This document shows positions 8,317 to 17,561 of a stretch of 64,000 bases of DNA, one piece after another. Both the position numbers and the translations under genes were made by a program. The notes beneath the pieces are model-generated. The model made no database searches. It was given only the letters and a program-made list of their open reading frames with translations, and was not told the origin of the DNA. The stretch is from an uncultured Acidobacteriota bacterium. GTDB taxonomy: Bacteria > Acidobacteriota > Thermoanaerobaculia > Multivoradales > UBA5704. Positions within the stretch are counted from its first letter, which is position 1. The number at the start of each line of letters is the position of its first letter. Location of the stretch: NCBI GenBank assembly GCA_963770895.1, contig CAVYRF010000002.1:5664001-5728000 (forward strand). Reading direction: 5' to 3'.

Positions 8317-10914
8317 TTACTGGTAGTAACCGTTCACGTCGAGCAGGACGTTGGTGGAGCCGCCGGTGCCGGACATGCCGACGTAGACGTTGACCTGACC
8401 GCCGGCGCCCATGGTGGTCATGGCGTTGTTGGCGCGCGTCTGGCCGGGACGGAAGTTGAGCGTGCTGGTGGGCGGCAGGTTGGCGCCGGCGGGGAAGAGG
8501 GTGAGGTAGCCGCCGTTGAGCGGTCCGACGATGGTGAGGTTGGCGGAGACCACCTGGGCGGTCGACGGAATGCCGCAGACGCCGGTCACCTGGAAGGCGG
8601 TGGTGGTCGCGGCGGCGAGAGCCGTGGTCTGGCGGGTATCGAACACCCGGCAGGGAGGCACGGTGTAGAAGCGCAGCGGTGTCACGCAGGCGTTGGCGGC
8701 AGCCGTCGTCGAGCGCGCCGAGGCGCAGGTGCCGTTGCTGGCGACGACCTGGTAGTCGTAGGTGGCGCCGCAGATCAGGCCGCCGTCGGCAAAGGATGCG
8801 CTGGTGACCAGGCCGGCCAGGTCGTAGGGGCCGCCGCTGCCGGAGGTGGAGCGCAGGACGGTGTAGTGGGACGCGCCGGAGACCGCGTTCCACGACAGCT
8901 GCACGCCCGACGCGCCGCTGGGGGTGGCGAACAGATCCGTGGGCGCCGACGGCGCCTGGCAGCCCGCCGAACCTGCCGAGCCAGTCCAGCTGGCGACCAT
9001 CTGCGCGGCGTTGACCGAGCCCAGGCCGGTTGCCTGGTCGTAGGCCGTGGTGCAGGCGTAGCCGGTGACGCCGGGGACGCTGTTGTTGCCGGTGGTGACG
9101 TCGTGGAAGACCGCCGGCCCGTGGCTGCTGCCGTACTGGCTGGCGGCCAGCGGATAGAGGACGGTGTTGGCGTTGCCCTGGCGCGACGCGGTCTGCTGCA
9201 CGACCAGCGACATCAGGCCGGCGAAGCTGGGCGACGCCGCCGAAGTGCCGCCGACGACGGTGAACTGGCCGTCCTGCACCACCAGGTAGCCGTCGTGGCC
9301 TGCCGCGGTCAGGGCGACGTCGGGGACGTCGCGCAGGCCGTCGGCCGGCACTCCGGGAGCGACCTGCCAGGTGGGCTTGGTATAGACGGAGCTGGCGCCG
9401 CCGCCGGTGGCCCAGAGATTGCCGCCGCCGCTGACGGTGCCGCTTTCGTTCCAGGCCATTTCGGGGATGTACGACAGGGCTGACTCCAGGGTGGTCTGGT
9501 TGTTGGTGCTGGACCAGTAGGCCGCGGGATTGTTGGCGTCCATGAATTCGGTGCCGCCGACGCAGACGTCGTACTTGGTCGAGCAGAGCCCGTTGACCGC
9601 GCGGCCGGTGCCGGTGGTGTCGCCGCCGGTCTCGCAGCCCGCCGCGCCGGCGTCGCCGGCCGCCACCATGGAGGTGATGCCTTGCGAGGCGGCCTGCGAC
9701 CACAGGTTGTTGTAAAAAGCCAGGTCGCTGTTCATTTCCGCTTCGCAGCTGCCGAAGCTGGTGCTCATCACCGGCGCCAGGTTGTTGTCGACGATGAATT
9801 GCGCCGACAGGTCGACGCCGTCGGTGGTGTCGGTCGAGGCGGAAACCACCAGGTAGACGGTGGCGTTGGGCGCCACCGCCCCCGACCATTCGGTGTCGAG
9901 GTCGGCTTCGGTCTCCTCGCCGCCGCCCAGGTCGCCGGGAGAGGCGCCGTTGTAGGCCACCACCGGGTCGTTGGCCGGCAGGTTGAATTCGCTGCGGAAC
10001 GCCTCCACGTCGCTGAGCAGGATTTCGGTGCGGGCGACGATGGCGATGGCCTGCCCGCTGCCCGTCAGGTTGTTGCCGTACACCGAACCCAGGCCGTAGA
10101 TCGTGGCGAAATCCGCCGGTGCCAGATAGTTGAAGCCCTCGGACGAATAGTTGGGGTCAGCCTTGGGCTGGCCGGCGGCAGCGGGCAGCGCCTGGATGCG
10201 GTGGTGCAGGGGCGGGCGGCGGAAGTCGTTGAGCGAGACGATACCCTGGATGACGCCGGCCAGGGCGCGCGGGATGGACGGCTGGAGCGCGTTGGCATGG
10301 TGCACGGTGCCGGCGACGTCGTAGTCGTGCATCTCGGTGGCGAACGTCTCTTCGACTTGCCGGGCGGTGCCGCTGAAGTTGATCCAGCCGCGCCCGCGGG
10401 CCACTTCGTCGATGGTGAAACCGTGGCTCACGAGCCATCCGGCGACGTTTGCCACGGCGGCCTGGGAGGCTCCGAAGCGCGCTCCGAACTCATTGGGCGT
10501 CAGCCATTTGTGGTAAAGCGGCGAGGCCGGGTCGGCCTGCCCGGCGAGCAGCGTGTCGAGGTCCGCACGGCCGCCGGGGCGAAGCCCGAGCACCAGCACG
10601 ATCCGCTTCATCGGCAGATCGGCGGCGGTGCGGCCCAGGTCGACGGCGGTGCGCAGCCGCGGATGGATGGCGCCGGGCAGGACGACGCGATCGGTTTCGT
10701 CGAGCTGCTGTCGCGCAGCGGTGCCGGCGGCGATGTCGGAGCCAGTGGCGCCAGGGGCGGCAATGGAGCCAAGAGCTGCAGTGCGGCCAGGCGTAGCAGG
10801 CGCGGCGGTAGCGGCAGCGGCGGCGGAATGGGTCAGGATCGACCCGGCCAGGGAAACAAACAGCATGATACCGGCCTGACGCAAGCGATGGCAGGCGGAA
10901 TGGCGATCCGTCAT
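8317..10914 (-). CDS. S53 (sedolisin/kumamolisin) peptidase with pro-domain, FN3-like domain and C-terminal PCRxxDTR domain
   Basis: Pro-domain DPASPLYHKWLTPNEFGARFG; catalytic EADLD, GDAG and GGTSAASP; Ca-site YDQATGLGS; signal peptide. Confidence 0.9.
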   Translation of the reverse strand: MTDRHSACHRLRQAGIMLFVSLAGSILTHSAAAAATAAPATPGRTAALGSIAAPGATGSDIAAGTAARQQLDETDRVVLPGAIHPRLRTAVDLGRTAADLPMKRIVLVLGLRPGGRADLDTLLAGQADPASPLYHKWLTPNEFGARFGASQAAVANVAGWLVSHGFTIDEVARGRGWINFSGTARQVEETFATEMHDYDVAGTVHHANALQPSIPRALAGVIQGIVSLNDFRRPPLHHRIQALPAAAGQPKADPNYSSEGFNYLAPADFATIYGLGSVYGNNLTGSGQAIAIVARTEILLSDVEAFRSEFNLPANDPVVAYNGASPGDLGGGEETEADLDTEWSGAVAPNATVYLVVSASTDTTDGVDLSAQFIVDNNLAPVMSTSFGSCEAEMNSDLAFYNNLWSQAASQGITSMVAAGDAGAAGCETGGDTTGTGRAVNGLCSTKYDVCVGGTEFMDANNPAAYWSSTNNQTTLESALSYIPEMAWNESGTVSGGGNLWATGGGASSVYTKPTWQVAPGVPADGLRDVPDVALTAAGHDGYLVVQDGQFTVVGGTSAASPSFAGLMSLVVQQTASRQGNANTVLYPLAASQYGSSHGPAVFHDVTTGNNSVPGVTGYACTTAYDQATGLGSVNAAQMVASWTGSAGSAGCQAPSAPTDLFATPSGASGVQLSWNAVSGASHYTVLRSTSGSGGPYDLAGLVTSASFADGGLICGATYDYQVVASNGTCASARSTTAAANACVTPLRFYTVPPCRVFDTRQTTALAAATTTAFQVTGVCGIPSTAQVVSANLTIVGPLNGGYLTLFPAGANLPPTSTLNFRPGQTRANNAMTTMGAGGQVNVYVGMSGTGGSTNVLLDVNGYYQ

Positions 10915-11085
10915 AACAGGCCCTCTGCGACGGTGATTGCGGGAGGCGAGAATACCCCGTTCCGCTGTACGCCGCAAGGCTGGCGGCCCAGGCAACCATG
11001 TCGATCCACCATATCGGGCCTCACGAACGGCCGGGCGCCGCGGGGCGCGCCGGGCGCCGAACGCCTGTCGCAACCCTTGGCGCGG

Positions 11086-11114
11086 TTGACGCAAGGACCC
11101 GGTTGGTGTATAAC
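11086..11114 (+). promoter_or_regulatory. Sigma70-type promoter upstream of carD
   Basis: TTGACG-N17-TATAAC. Confidence 0.45.
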
Positions 11115-11192
11115 TTACACCCGTAAGCGTTGGTCCCTCAGTGACTTGCTGCTACAGCTCCGGCACTCATAGACATTCAAGGGGGCAGAGGC

Positions 11193-11711
11193 GTGACATT
11201 TCGAATCGGTCAGAAGGTGGTTTACCCCAATCACGGGGTAAGCCTGGTCGAGAAGATTGAGTCGGGCCAGATGGATGGCGTGGAGCAGCTCTATTTTCAT
11301 CTCCGCCTGTTGTCGAACAACTCCAAGGTCATGGTGCCGAAGGCGAATTTGGAGCTGGTGGGGCTGCGTCCCCTGTGCCACACCCGCGACGTCCGGGTCC
11401 TCTTCGATATCCTCGAGGACGGCAACATCGACACCTACAAGGATTGGAAGGGCCGCTACAAGCAGAATCTGGACAAGATGAAGACCGGTCGCCTGACCGA
11501 AGTCGCGGAGGTGCTCAAGAACCTCCGCCTGGTCAGCCAGCGCAAGAGTCTGTCGTTCCGCGAAAAGAAGATGTACGAGCGCGCCAAATACTTCATCGTC
11601 AGCGAAGTGGCGCACGTCAAGGACATCTCCGAGCGCGAAGCCGAAGACCTGGTCGAGCAGGCGCTCAACTCCAGCCTGGAAAAGCGGCAGCGGACAAAGG
11701 CGGCCAGTTAG
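11193..11711 (+). CDS. carD: CarD family transcriptional regulator
   Basis: FRIGQKVVYPNHGV, VMVP..VGLR, WKGRYKQN..KMKTG and LSFREKKM. Confidence 0.9.
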   Translation: MTFRIGQKVVYPNHGVSLVEKIESGQMDGVEQLYFHLRLLSNNSKVMVPKANLELVGLRPLCHTRDVRVLFDILEDGNIDTYKDWKGRYKQNLDKMKTGRLTEVAEVLKNLRLVSQRKSLSFREKKMYERAKYFIVSEVAHVKDISEREAEDLVEQALNSSLEKRQRTKAAS

Positions 11712-11762
11712 GCCGCCGTTGACGTGCCGTCCGCGCGTTAGCCACGGGAAGCGCCGCCAGCG

Positions 11763-12521
11763 GTGAACAAAGACAACCTGCTGTTCGCGATGATCGGCCT
11801 GCTGTTCGGGTTCATCGCCGGCTACCTGCTGCACGAGGTGCTGGTAGCCCGGCAGCCGCTGCGCCGCCCGGCCAGCGAGATGGCTGCCGATGCCGGGGCG
11901 GCGGCCGGCGGCGGCATGGCCGAACCGCCGGCGCCCGGCGGCTCGCCGCAGGCCGACATGGCGCCCAACGGGGGAGCCGGCGCCGCGGATGCCGGCGGCG
12001 GGGCAGGGAAGGGGGCCGGCGCGCCCGGCTTCGCAGCGCCCGAGGCGCCGGCGGCCGATGCGCCGGCAGCGGCGGCCGGTGGCGGCGCCGCCGGAGTGCC
12101 GCCCGGCATGGCCGCGGTGCAGCAGCTGCGCGACTACGTGGCCTCCCATCCCAAGGATGCCGACGCGGTGCTGAAGCTCGCCAACCTCAACTTCGACATC
12201 CATAATTGGGCGCGGGCGCGCGATCTCTACTCGCAATACCTCGGGTTGCGCCCGGACAATCCCGACGTGATGACCGACCTGGGCGACTGCTACCGTGAGC
12301 TCAAGCAATACGACAGCGCGCTGGAGCAGTTCCGCCGCGCCGAAGGGCTGGCGCCGGCGCACTGGCGGTCGCTGTTCAACGAGGTGGTCGTGCTGGCCTT
12401 CGATCTCAAGCAGTTCGACGCCGCCGACAAGGCCTTCGCTCACCTCCAACAGGTGGCGCCCCAGCAGCCCGAGGTCACCCAGCTGGGCACCGAGCTGCAA
12501 CGCCGCCGCGCCGCCGGATAG
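11763..12521 (+). CDS. Membrane-anchored TPR protein
   Basis: N-terminal TM, Ala/Gly/Pro linker, TPRs (LANLNFD..ARDLY, PDNPDVMTDLGDCY). Confidence 0.8.
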   Translation: MNKDNLLFAMIGLLFGFIAGYLLHEVLVARQPLRRPASEMAADAGAAAGGGMAEPPAPGGSPQADMAPNGGAGAADAGGGAGKGAGAPGFAAPEAPAADAPAAAAGGGAAGVPPGMAAVQQLRDYVASHPKDADAVLKLANLNFDIHNWARARDLYSQYLGLRPDNPDVMTDLGDCYRELKQYDSALEQFRRAEGLAPAHWRSLFNEVVVLAFDLKQFDAADKAFAHLQQVAPQQPEVTQLGTELQRRRAAG

Positions 12522-12680
12522 GCGGCGGGCAGCCGCCGGCCGGCACGCACTGCGCGCCGGCCGGGCCTCGACGATTCGCCGCCGGCGCCCGGCGCGGACC
12601 CGATGTAGAGACCGGCGCCGCCGGCCGAACCGTTCGCACTGAGCCCTTGACCTGAGATCGCCGACTCCGCTCCCAGCCCC

Positions 12681-12983
12681 ATGATCGTCCGGTTGCTCGA
12701 CTTTGCGCTGCTGTCGTTTCTTGCCTGGCTGATCTGGAGCCAGGTGTTCCGTCAGTGGCGTCATGCCGCCGCCGCGCGGCGCCGCGCGGCGGGCGGCGGC
12801 GGGGCGGCGGCATCGCGCGCCACGCGTGCGCCGCAGGACCCGGCCGCCATGACGCTCGTGCGCTGCAGCGCCTGCGGCGTGCACATGCCGGCAGACCGCA
12901 TGCTCGGCGGCCACCCGGGGCAGGTTTTCTGCTCGCCCGCGTGCCAGGCGCGCGGCGCCGCTTCGTCCGCAACCCGCCAGTGA
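12681..12983 (+). CDS. Small membrane protein with Cys/His zinc finger (PP0621-like)
   Basis: N-terminal TM; LVRCSACGVHMP..FCSPAC. Confidence 0.65.
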   Translation: MIVRLLDFALLSFLAWLIWSQVFRQWRHAAAARRRAAGGGGAAASRATRAPQDPAAMTLVRCSACGVHMPADRMLGGHPGQVFCSPACQARGAASSATRQ

Positions 12984-15607
12984 GCCGCCGAACGCCCCCG
13001 CAGCGGTCGATCGGCCTGTTTGCGCCGGCGGGATCGGAGGACCCCACGCGGCAGGACAACCTGGGCGGGGAGGTGAGCCCGGAAGACTCGGCGCGCGAAC
13101 AGGCGGCGGCGGCCGGCGCCGTCGCGGGCTATGTCGACCTGGCCCTGCCGCTGCCGCTGCCCGACGCGCTGACCTATGCGGTGCCGGCGGGGTGCGATGC
13201 GCTGGCGGTGCCCGGCGCGCGGGCGCGGGCGCCGGTCGGCAAGCGCCGGCTGGTGGGGGTGATCGTGGCGCGGCGCCCGGCGCCGCCGCCGGGGGTGGCG
13301 GTGCGGCAGCTCGAGGCGGTCCTCGACCGCGAGCCGGTGCTGGGCGAGGACCTGCTGGATCTGGCGCGCTTCACCGCTTCCTACTACCTGGCGCCGCTGG
13401 GCGAGGTGCTGCGCTCGATGCTGCCGGCCGACCTGGCGCCCTGGGGAGACCGGCGGCTTCGCCTCACCAACCAGGGCGCCCTGTCGCTGCCGCGCGCCGG
13501 GGACGCCGGCGCCTGCGAGGCGGCGATCATCGAAGCGCTGCGCGAAGGCGGGCGGATGGCGGTGTCGGACCTGCAGGTGAAAGTGGGCCTGCCGGGTTTC
13601 GAGGCCGCCCTGGCGGCACTCGAACAGAGCGGCCGCATCGCCGGCGAGGACGGCAGCACCCGCTCGACGCGCTACGTGCCGGCGGTCGCCCTGGCGCCGG
13701 AAGTCGCGCCCGAGGCGGTCGGCCGCTCGGCGCCGGCCCGCGAGGTGGTGCAATACCTGGCGGCGGTGGGGCGGCCGGCCACCAGCGCCGAAGTGATGGC
13801 GGCCGTCGGCTGCGGCGCCGGCGTCCTGCGGCGCCTGATCGCGCGGGGCGTCCTGCGTCAATTCACCCAGGTCGAGCGGCTGTCGCTGGACCGCCACCGC
13901 CTGGCGCCGCTCGCGCCGCCTGGGCCGGCGGGGACGCTGGAGCCGGCAGCGCCAGGTTTGCCCCCGGCATCCCCCCTGGACGCGGCGTCGCCGTGGCAGC
14001 TGCGCGCCGACCAGGCGGCGGCCGTGGCGGAGCTGGTCGCGGCGATCGAGCAGCGCCGGTTCCTGCCGGTGCTGCTGCAGGGCATGACCGGCTCGGGCAA
14101 GACCGAGGTCTACCTGCGTGCCGCGGCGGCGGCGATCGAGCGCGGCCGCTCGGCGATCCTGCTGGTGCCCGAGATCGCCCTGGTGCCGGCGCTGGCGCGC
14201 GAGGTGCAGGCCCGCTTCGGCGATCGCCTGGCGATCCTGCACTCCGGCCTGGGGGCAGGCGAGCGCAACCAGGAATGGGAGCGGGTCCGCCAGGGCGGGC
14301 CGATGGTGGTGCTGGGGCCGCGCTCGGCACTGTTTGCGCCGGTGGCAGACCTGGGCCTGCTGGTGGTGGACGAAGAGCAGGACTCGGCCTACAAGCAGGA
14401 GGTCACGCCGCGCTACCAGGCGCGCGACCTGGCCCTGGTGCGCGGCCGCGCCGCCGCCGCCGCGACGCTGCTGGTGTCCGCCACCCCCAGCCTGGAGAGC
14501 CGCCACAACGTCGCCCTGGGCAAGCTCGGCCTGCTGCGCCTGACCGCCCGCTTCGGTCATGGCGCCTTGCCAACCGGCATCCTGGTCGACCTGCGCCAGG
14601 AAGAGGTGGCGCGCCGCCGCCCCGGCGAGGTGCAGTTTTCGGCCCGCCTGCGCGCCGAGATCGCCGCCACCCTGGAAGCGGGGGAGCAGGCCATCCTGCT
14701 GCGCAACCGCCGCGGCTACTCGCCCATGCTGCTGTGCCGCGCCTGCGGCGAGGCGATGCGCTGTCCCGACTGCGGCCTGCCGCGCACCTACCACCGCAGC
14801 CTGCGCCGCCTGCTCTGCCACTACTGCGGCCAGGCGGTCAACGCGCCCCAGGTCTGTCCGGTCTGCGGCGAAAGCGCCCTGGAGCCGATCGGCGCCGGCA
14901 CGGAGCGGGTGGAGGAGGACTTTCAGGCGCTCTTTCCGGGCGTCCCGGTGGACGTGCTGGACCGCGACAGCACCCGCCGGCCGGGCGGCATCGCGGCGGT
15001 CCTGGCGCGCTTCGAGCGCGGTGACGCGAGGGTGCTGATCGGCACTCAGATGGTGTCCAAGGGGCACCACTTCCCGAACGTCGCGCTGACCGCGGTGCTG
15101 ACCGCCGATTCCTATCTCAGCTTCCCCGACTTTCGCGCCGTCGAGCGCACCTACAACCTGCTCACCCAGGTGGCCGGCCGCGCCGGCCGCGGCGACCGTC
15201 CCGGCCGCGTGGTCATCCAGACCTTCCACCCCGAGCATTACGCCATCCAGGCCGCCCTGTCCGGTGACGACGACGCCTTCCTGGCCGAAGAGATGCGCTT
15301 CCGCCGCGTCTTCCACTATCCGCCCTTCACCCGCATGGCGCAGCTCCTGGTCCACGACCGCAACCGCGACCGCGCCCACGCCGCCATCGAAGACCTGGCC
15401 GCCGCCCTGTCCCAGCACACCGCGGGCCGCGCCGTCCGCCTCACCGGCCCCGCCCCCGCCCCCTTCGAACGCCTGCGCGGCGAATGGCGCTACCAGCTCC
15501 TGGTCCGCGGCGCCTGGAGCGACGTGCACCGCCTGCTGAGCGAAGCCCTGCCCAAGACCCCAGCCTACGACCTGACGGTGGATATCGACCCGCAGCAGCT
15601 ACTTTAG
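12980..15607 (+). CDS. priA: Primosomal protein N' (replication restart helicase)
   Basis: GMTGSGKTEVY, LVPEIAL, DEEQD, SATPS, four CxxC pairs, GTQMVSKGHHFP, QVAGRAGR and DIDP. Start is uncertain (GTG 12980 via GTGA overlap, or 13073). Confidence 0.95.
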   Translation: MSRRTPPQRSIGLFAPAGSEDPTRQDNLGGEVSPEDSAREQAAAAGAVAGYVDLALPLPLPDALTYAVPAGCDALAVPGARARAPVGKRRLVGVIVARRPAPPPGVAVRQLEAVLDREPVLGEDLLDLARFTASYYLAPLGEVLRSMLPADLAPWGDRRLRLTNQGALSLPRAGDAGACEAAIIEALREGGRMAVSDLQVKVGLPGFEAALAALEQSGRIAGEDGSTRSTRYVPAVALAPEVAPEAVGRSAPAREVVQYLAAVGRPATSAEVMAAVGCGAGVLRRLIARGVLRQFTQVERLSLDRHRLAPLAPPGPAGTLEPAAPGLPPASPLDAASPWQLRADQAAAVAELVAAIEQRRFLPVLLQGMTGSGKTEVYLRAAAAAIERGRSAILLVPEIALVPALAREVQARFGDRLAILHSGLGAGERNQEWERVRQGGPMVVLGPRSALFAPVADLGLLVVDEEQDSAYKQEVTPRYQARDLALVRGRAAAAATLLVSATPSLESRHNVALGKLGLLRLTARFGHGALPTGILVDLRQEEVARRRPGEVQFSARLRAEIAATLEAGEQAILLRNRRGYSPMLLCRACGEAMRCPDCGLPRTYHRSLRRLLCHYCGQAVNAPQVCPVCGESALEPIGAGTERVEEDFQALFPGVPVDVLDRDSTRRPGGIAAVLARFERGDARVLIGTQMVSKGHHFPNVALTAVLTADSYLSFPDFRAVERTYNLLTQVAGRAGRGDRPGRVVIQTFHPEHYAIQAALSGDDDAFLAEEMRFRRVFHYPPFTRMAQLLVHDRNRDRAHAAIEDLAAALSQHTAGRAVRLTGPAPAPFERLRGEWRYQLLVRGAWSDVHRLLSEALPKTPAYDLTVDIDPQQLL

Positions 15608-15647
15608 GCCTGGCTGAGGTTGCTCCAGGAGAGGACCGCTCGGGACT

Positions 15648-17561
15648 CTAATGTTGGAGCGCCCATGTCAGGTCAGTGTTGTTCGACGGCGGGTATTGTT
15701 TCAGGTATTCCTGCGGAATCCTTGCCAGCTCGGCTCTCACATCTGCCGTGGTGTGAGGCCCTCCGGCGCGCGCGATGACGGCCAACGCCGTCGCCTTGAG
15801 ATAGCGTGTACGGTTGAGGTCCGCCGATTCACTATTGAACCAGCGCTCGGTCTCGCGATCGCCTTCATTGTTGTCGCGAGCTGCCAGCTTGGAGATCTCC
15901 GCCATGATCCCCAGGGCAGAGTCCAGCTCCTGGAGCGCCAAGGTTGCGTATCGTAGCCGAGAGCGATCGTTCTCCGGGTTCGGCCTGTCTTGCACCAGGA
16001 AGGTGCGGGCGACCAGCAGCAGCGCCCAGCCTTTGTATTCGCGTTGAATGATTCGCCTGGGAGGCGTGAGACGGATACTGTTCACGCTGTCGATCCGAGT
16101 GGCAAGGCTTTCGCCCTCCTGCCGCACATGTTCAGGCCAACCCGGATTGGCTGCTTCGAAGTCGCCGCGAAGAACCTGGATATCCTTCATATAGGAGATC
16201 ACACGGTAGTCCTCGGCGGTCTTTTTCAGGTAGTCAGACTGGGTCCGATACAGCCCGATGATCAGCGCGGCACTGACCACGGCGAGCCCTGCCACCGCCC
16301 AGATCAGGCCGCGCCGTCTCAGTTGATCGCGCCTGCGCACCCGGCTCTCGAGCACGATCGGCGTCATGACTTCGTGGATCAGCTCCACCTGTGTCTGGTG
16401 GAAACGTTCTTCGAAGCGCAGGAGCCTGCGATCGACCAGCCGGTCCAGCGCTTCGCGGGTCACGCCCTGACTGCCCACCGCTTCCGCCAGGAACACGCTG
16501 GCCGGGTTACCGGCAGGGGTGACCATGCGGCTTTCGATGAGTGAGCGCACCGGCCTGCCGGAATCCACCAGGCAACGTTCATAAAAGGCTGCCAGGATCT
16601 CGTGCGAAGAGCTCAGCACCAGGTTGGAGCTGATCGTCTCCAGCCGCTGCAACTTGCGCCGGCTGTTGAGCTCACGGCAGAAAAGGCTCAGGATCGCCGG
16701 TTCGATCTCCAGCGTTTGCCGGTCGTTGGCCGTGTCCAGCTGTACGTCCTGCCGCCTTCCGGCGACGACCTTGAGGATCTCGGATGCCGCCTGCCGGTCG
16801 ACCAGGCCGATGCGCGGTTTCAGGATGGCATCCAGCGCCTGGTCGCCATTCATGGGCAGCAGGCGATATCGATTTTGCATCAGCGACGGCATGCGCGCCT
16901 GCAACTCGACGAGGTCGGCCAGGAAGTCTTCGCGCAGGCACAGCAGCACGCGCACCTTCTGCCGGTCGAATGGGAAGTCCAGGTCCTGGTCGGTCCGCTC
17001 CACTCGTTCGCGCACCGCTTGGGGGACCTGGTTTTCGATCAGATCCGCCAGCTCGACAAGGAACGAATCGACCCCGCCGGCATACTGCCTGCCGTGGGTG
17101 AAGATCTCTTCGAACGGGTCGAAGACCAGGAGCGGTGTCAACAGCCGATTGCGGCGATCGAAAAACGGAGTGCGGTGGAAGTACTCCCAAAGCGTCTGGT
17201 CGGCGGCCAGCGGCGGCACCTCGACGTCGTGCTCACTGGCAGCCTTGCCACAGGCGGCGCCGACCTGCGCGACGAGGCCCCGGTCGGCGGTGAAGTCCAG
17301 CCGGACCGGGATCGGCAGGATACCCGCCTGGCGCAGGAGGGGGTAAAGACCGGCGTTGAGCAGCGAGGTCTTGCCCAACCCGGAGCGGCCGAACAGGACG
17401 GTCAGGGTCTCGCGCTGGACCAGGGTGAACAGGTCGCGGCTCTCGCTATCGCGGCCGAAGTAGAAAGCCCGATCGGCCTCGCCAAATGCCTGCAATCCTG
17501 GATAGGGATCTTCGGTGCTGACACCAGGTACGGCAGCGACCTGTGGTCCGGAGGAAGTCAT
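15648..17561 (-). CDS. nSTAND1-like STAND NTPase with a single TM helix and C-terminal helical domain
   Basis: PYPGLQAF..FYFGRD, Walker A GRSGLGKTS, Walker B LLVFDPFEE, LREDFL, ELIHE; TM LIWAVAGLAVVSAALIIGLY. ATG at 17561 overlaps the upstream stop (ATGA). Confidence 0.85.
   Translation of the reverse strand: MTSSGPQVAAVPGVSTEDPYPGLQAFGEADRAFYFGRDSESRDLFTLVQRETLTVLFGRSGLGKTSLLNAGLYPLLRQAGILPIPVRLDFTADRGLVAQVGAACGKAASEHDVEVPPLAADQTLWEYFHRTPFFDRRNRLLTPLLVFDPFEEIFTHGRQYAGGVDSFLVELADLIENQVPQAVRERVERTDQDLDFPFDRQKVRVLLCLREDFLADLVELQARMPSLMQNRYRLLPMNGDQALDAILKPRIGLVDRQAASEILKVVAGRRQDVQLDTANDRQTLEIEPAILSLFCRELNSRRKLQRLETISSNLVLSSSHEILAAFYERCLVDSGRPVRSLIESRMVTPAGNPASVFLAEAVGSQGVTREALDRLVDRRLLRFEERFHQTQVELIHEVMTPIVLESRVRRRDQLRRRGLIWAVAGLAVVSAALIIGLYRTQSDYLKKTAEDYRVISYMKDIQVLRGDFEAANPGWPEHVRQEGESLATRIDSVNSIRLTPPRRIIQREYKGWALLLVARTFLVQDRPNPENDRSRLRYATLALQELDSALGIMAEISKLAARDNNEGDRETERWFNSESADLNRTRYLKATALAVIARAGGPHTTADVRAELARIPQEYLKQYPPSNNTDLTWALQH

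Noticed and set aside
12761-15529. Long antisense and alternate-frame ORFs (e.g. 922 aa here, 934 aa at 22355-25159, 776 aa at 30810-33140)
   Set aside because: They shadow well-identified genes and are expected from stop-codon scarcity at high GC; no motifs.
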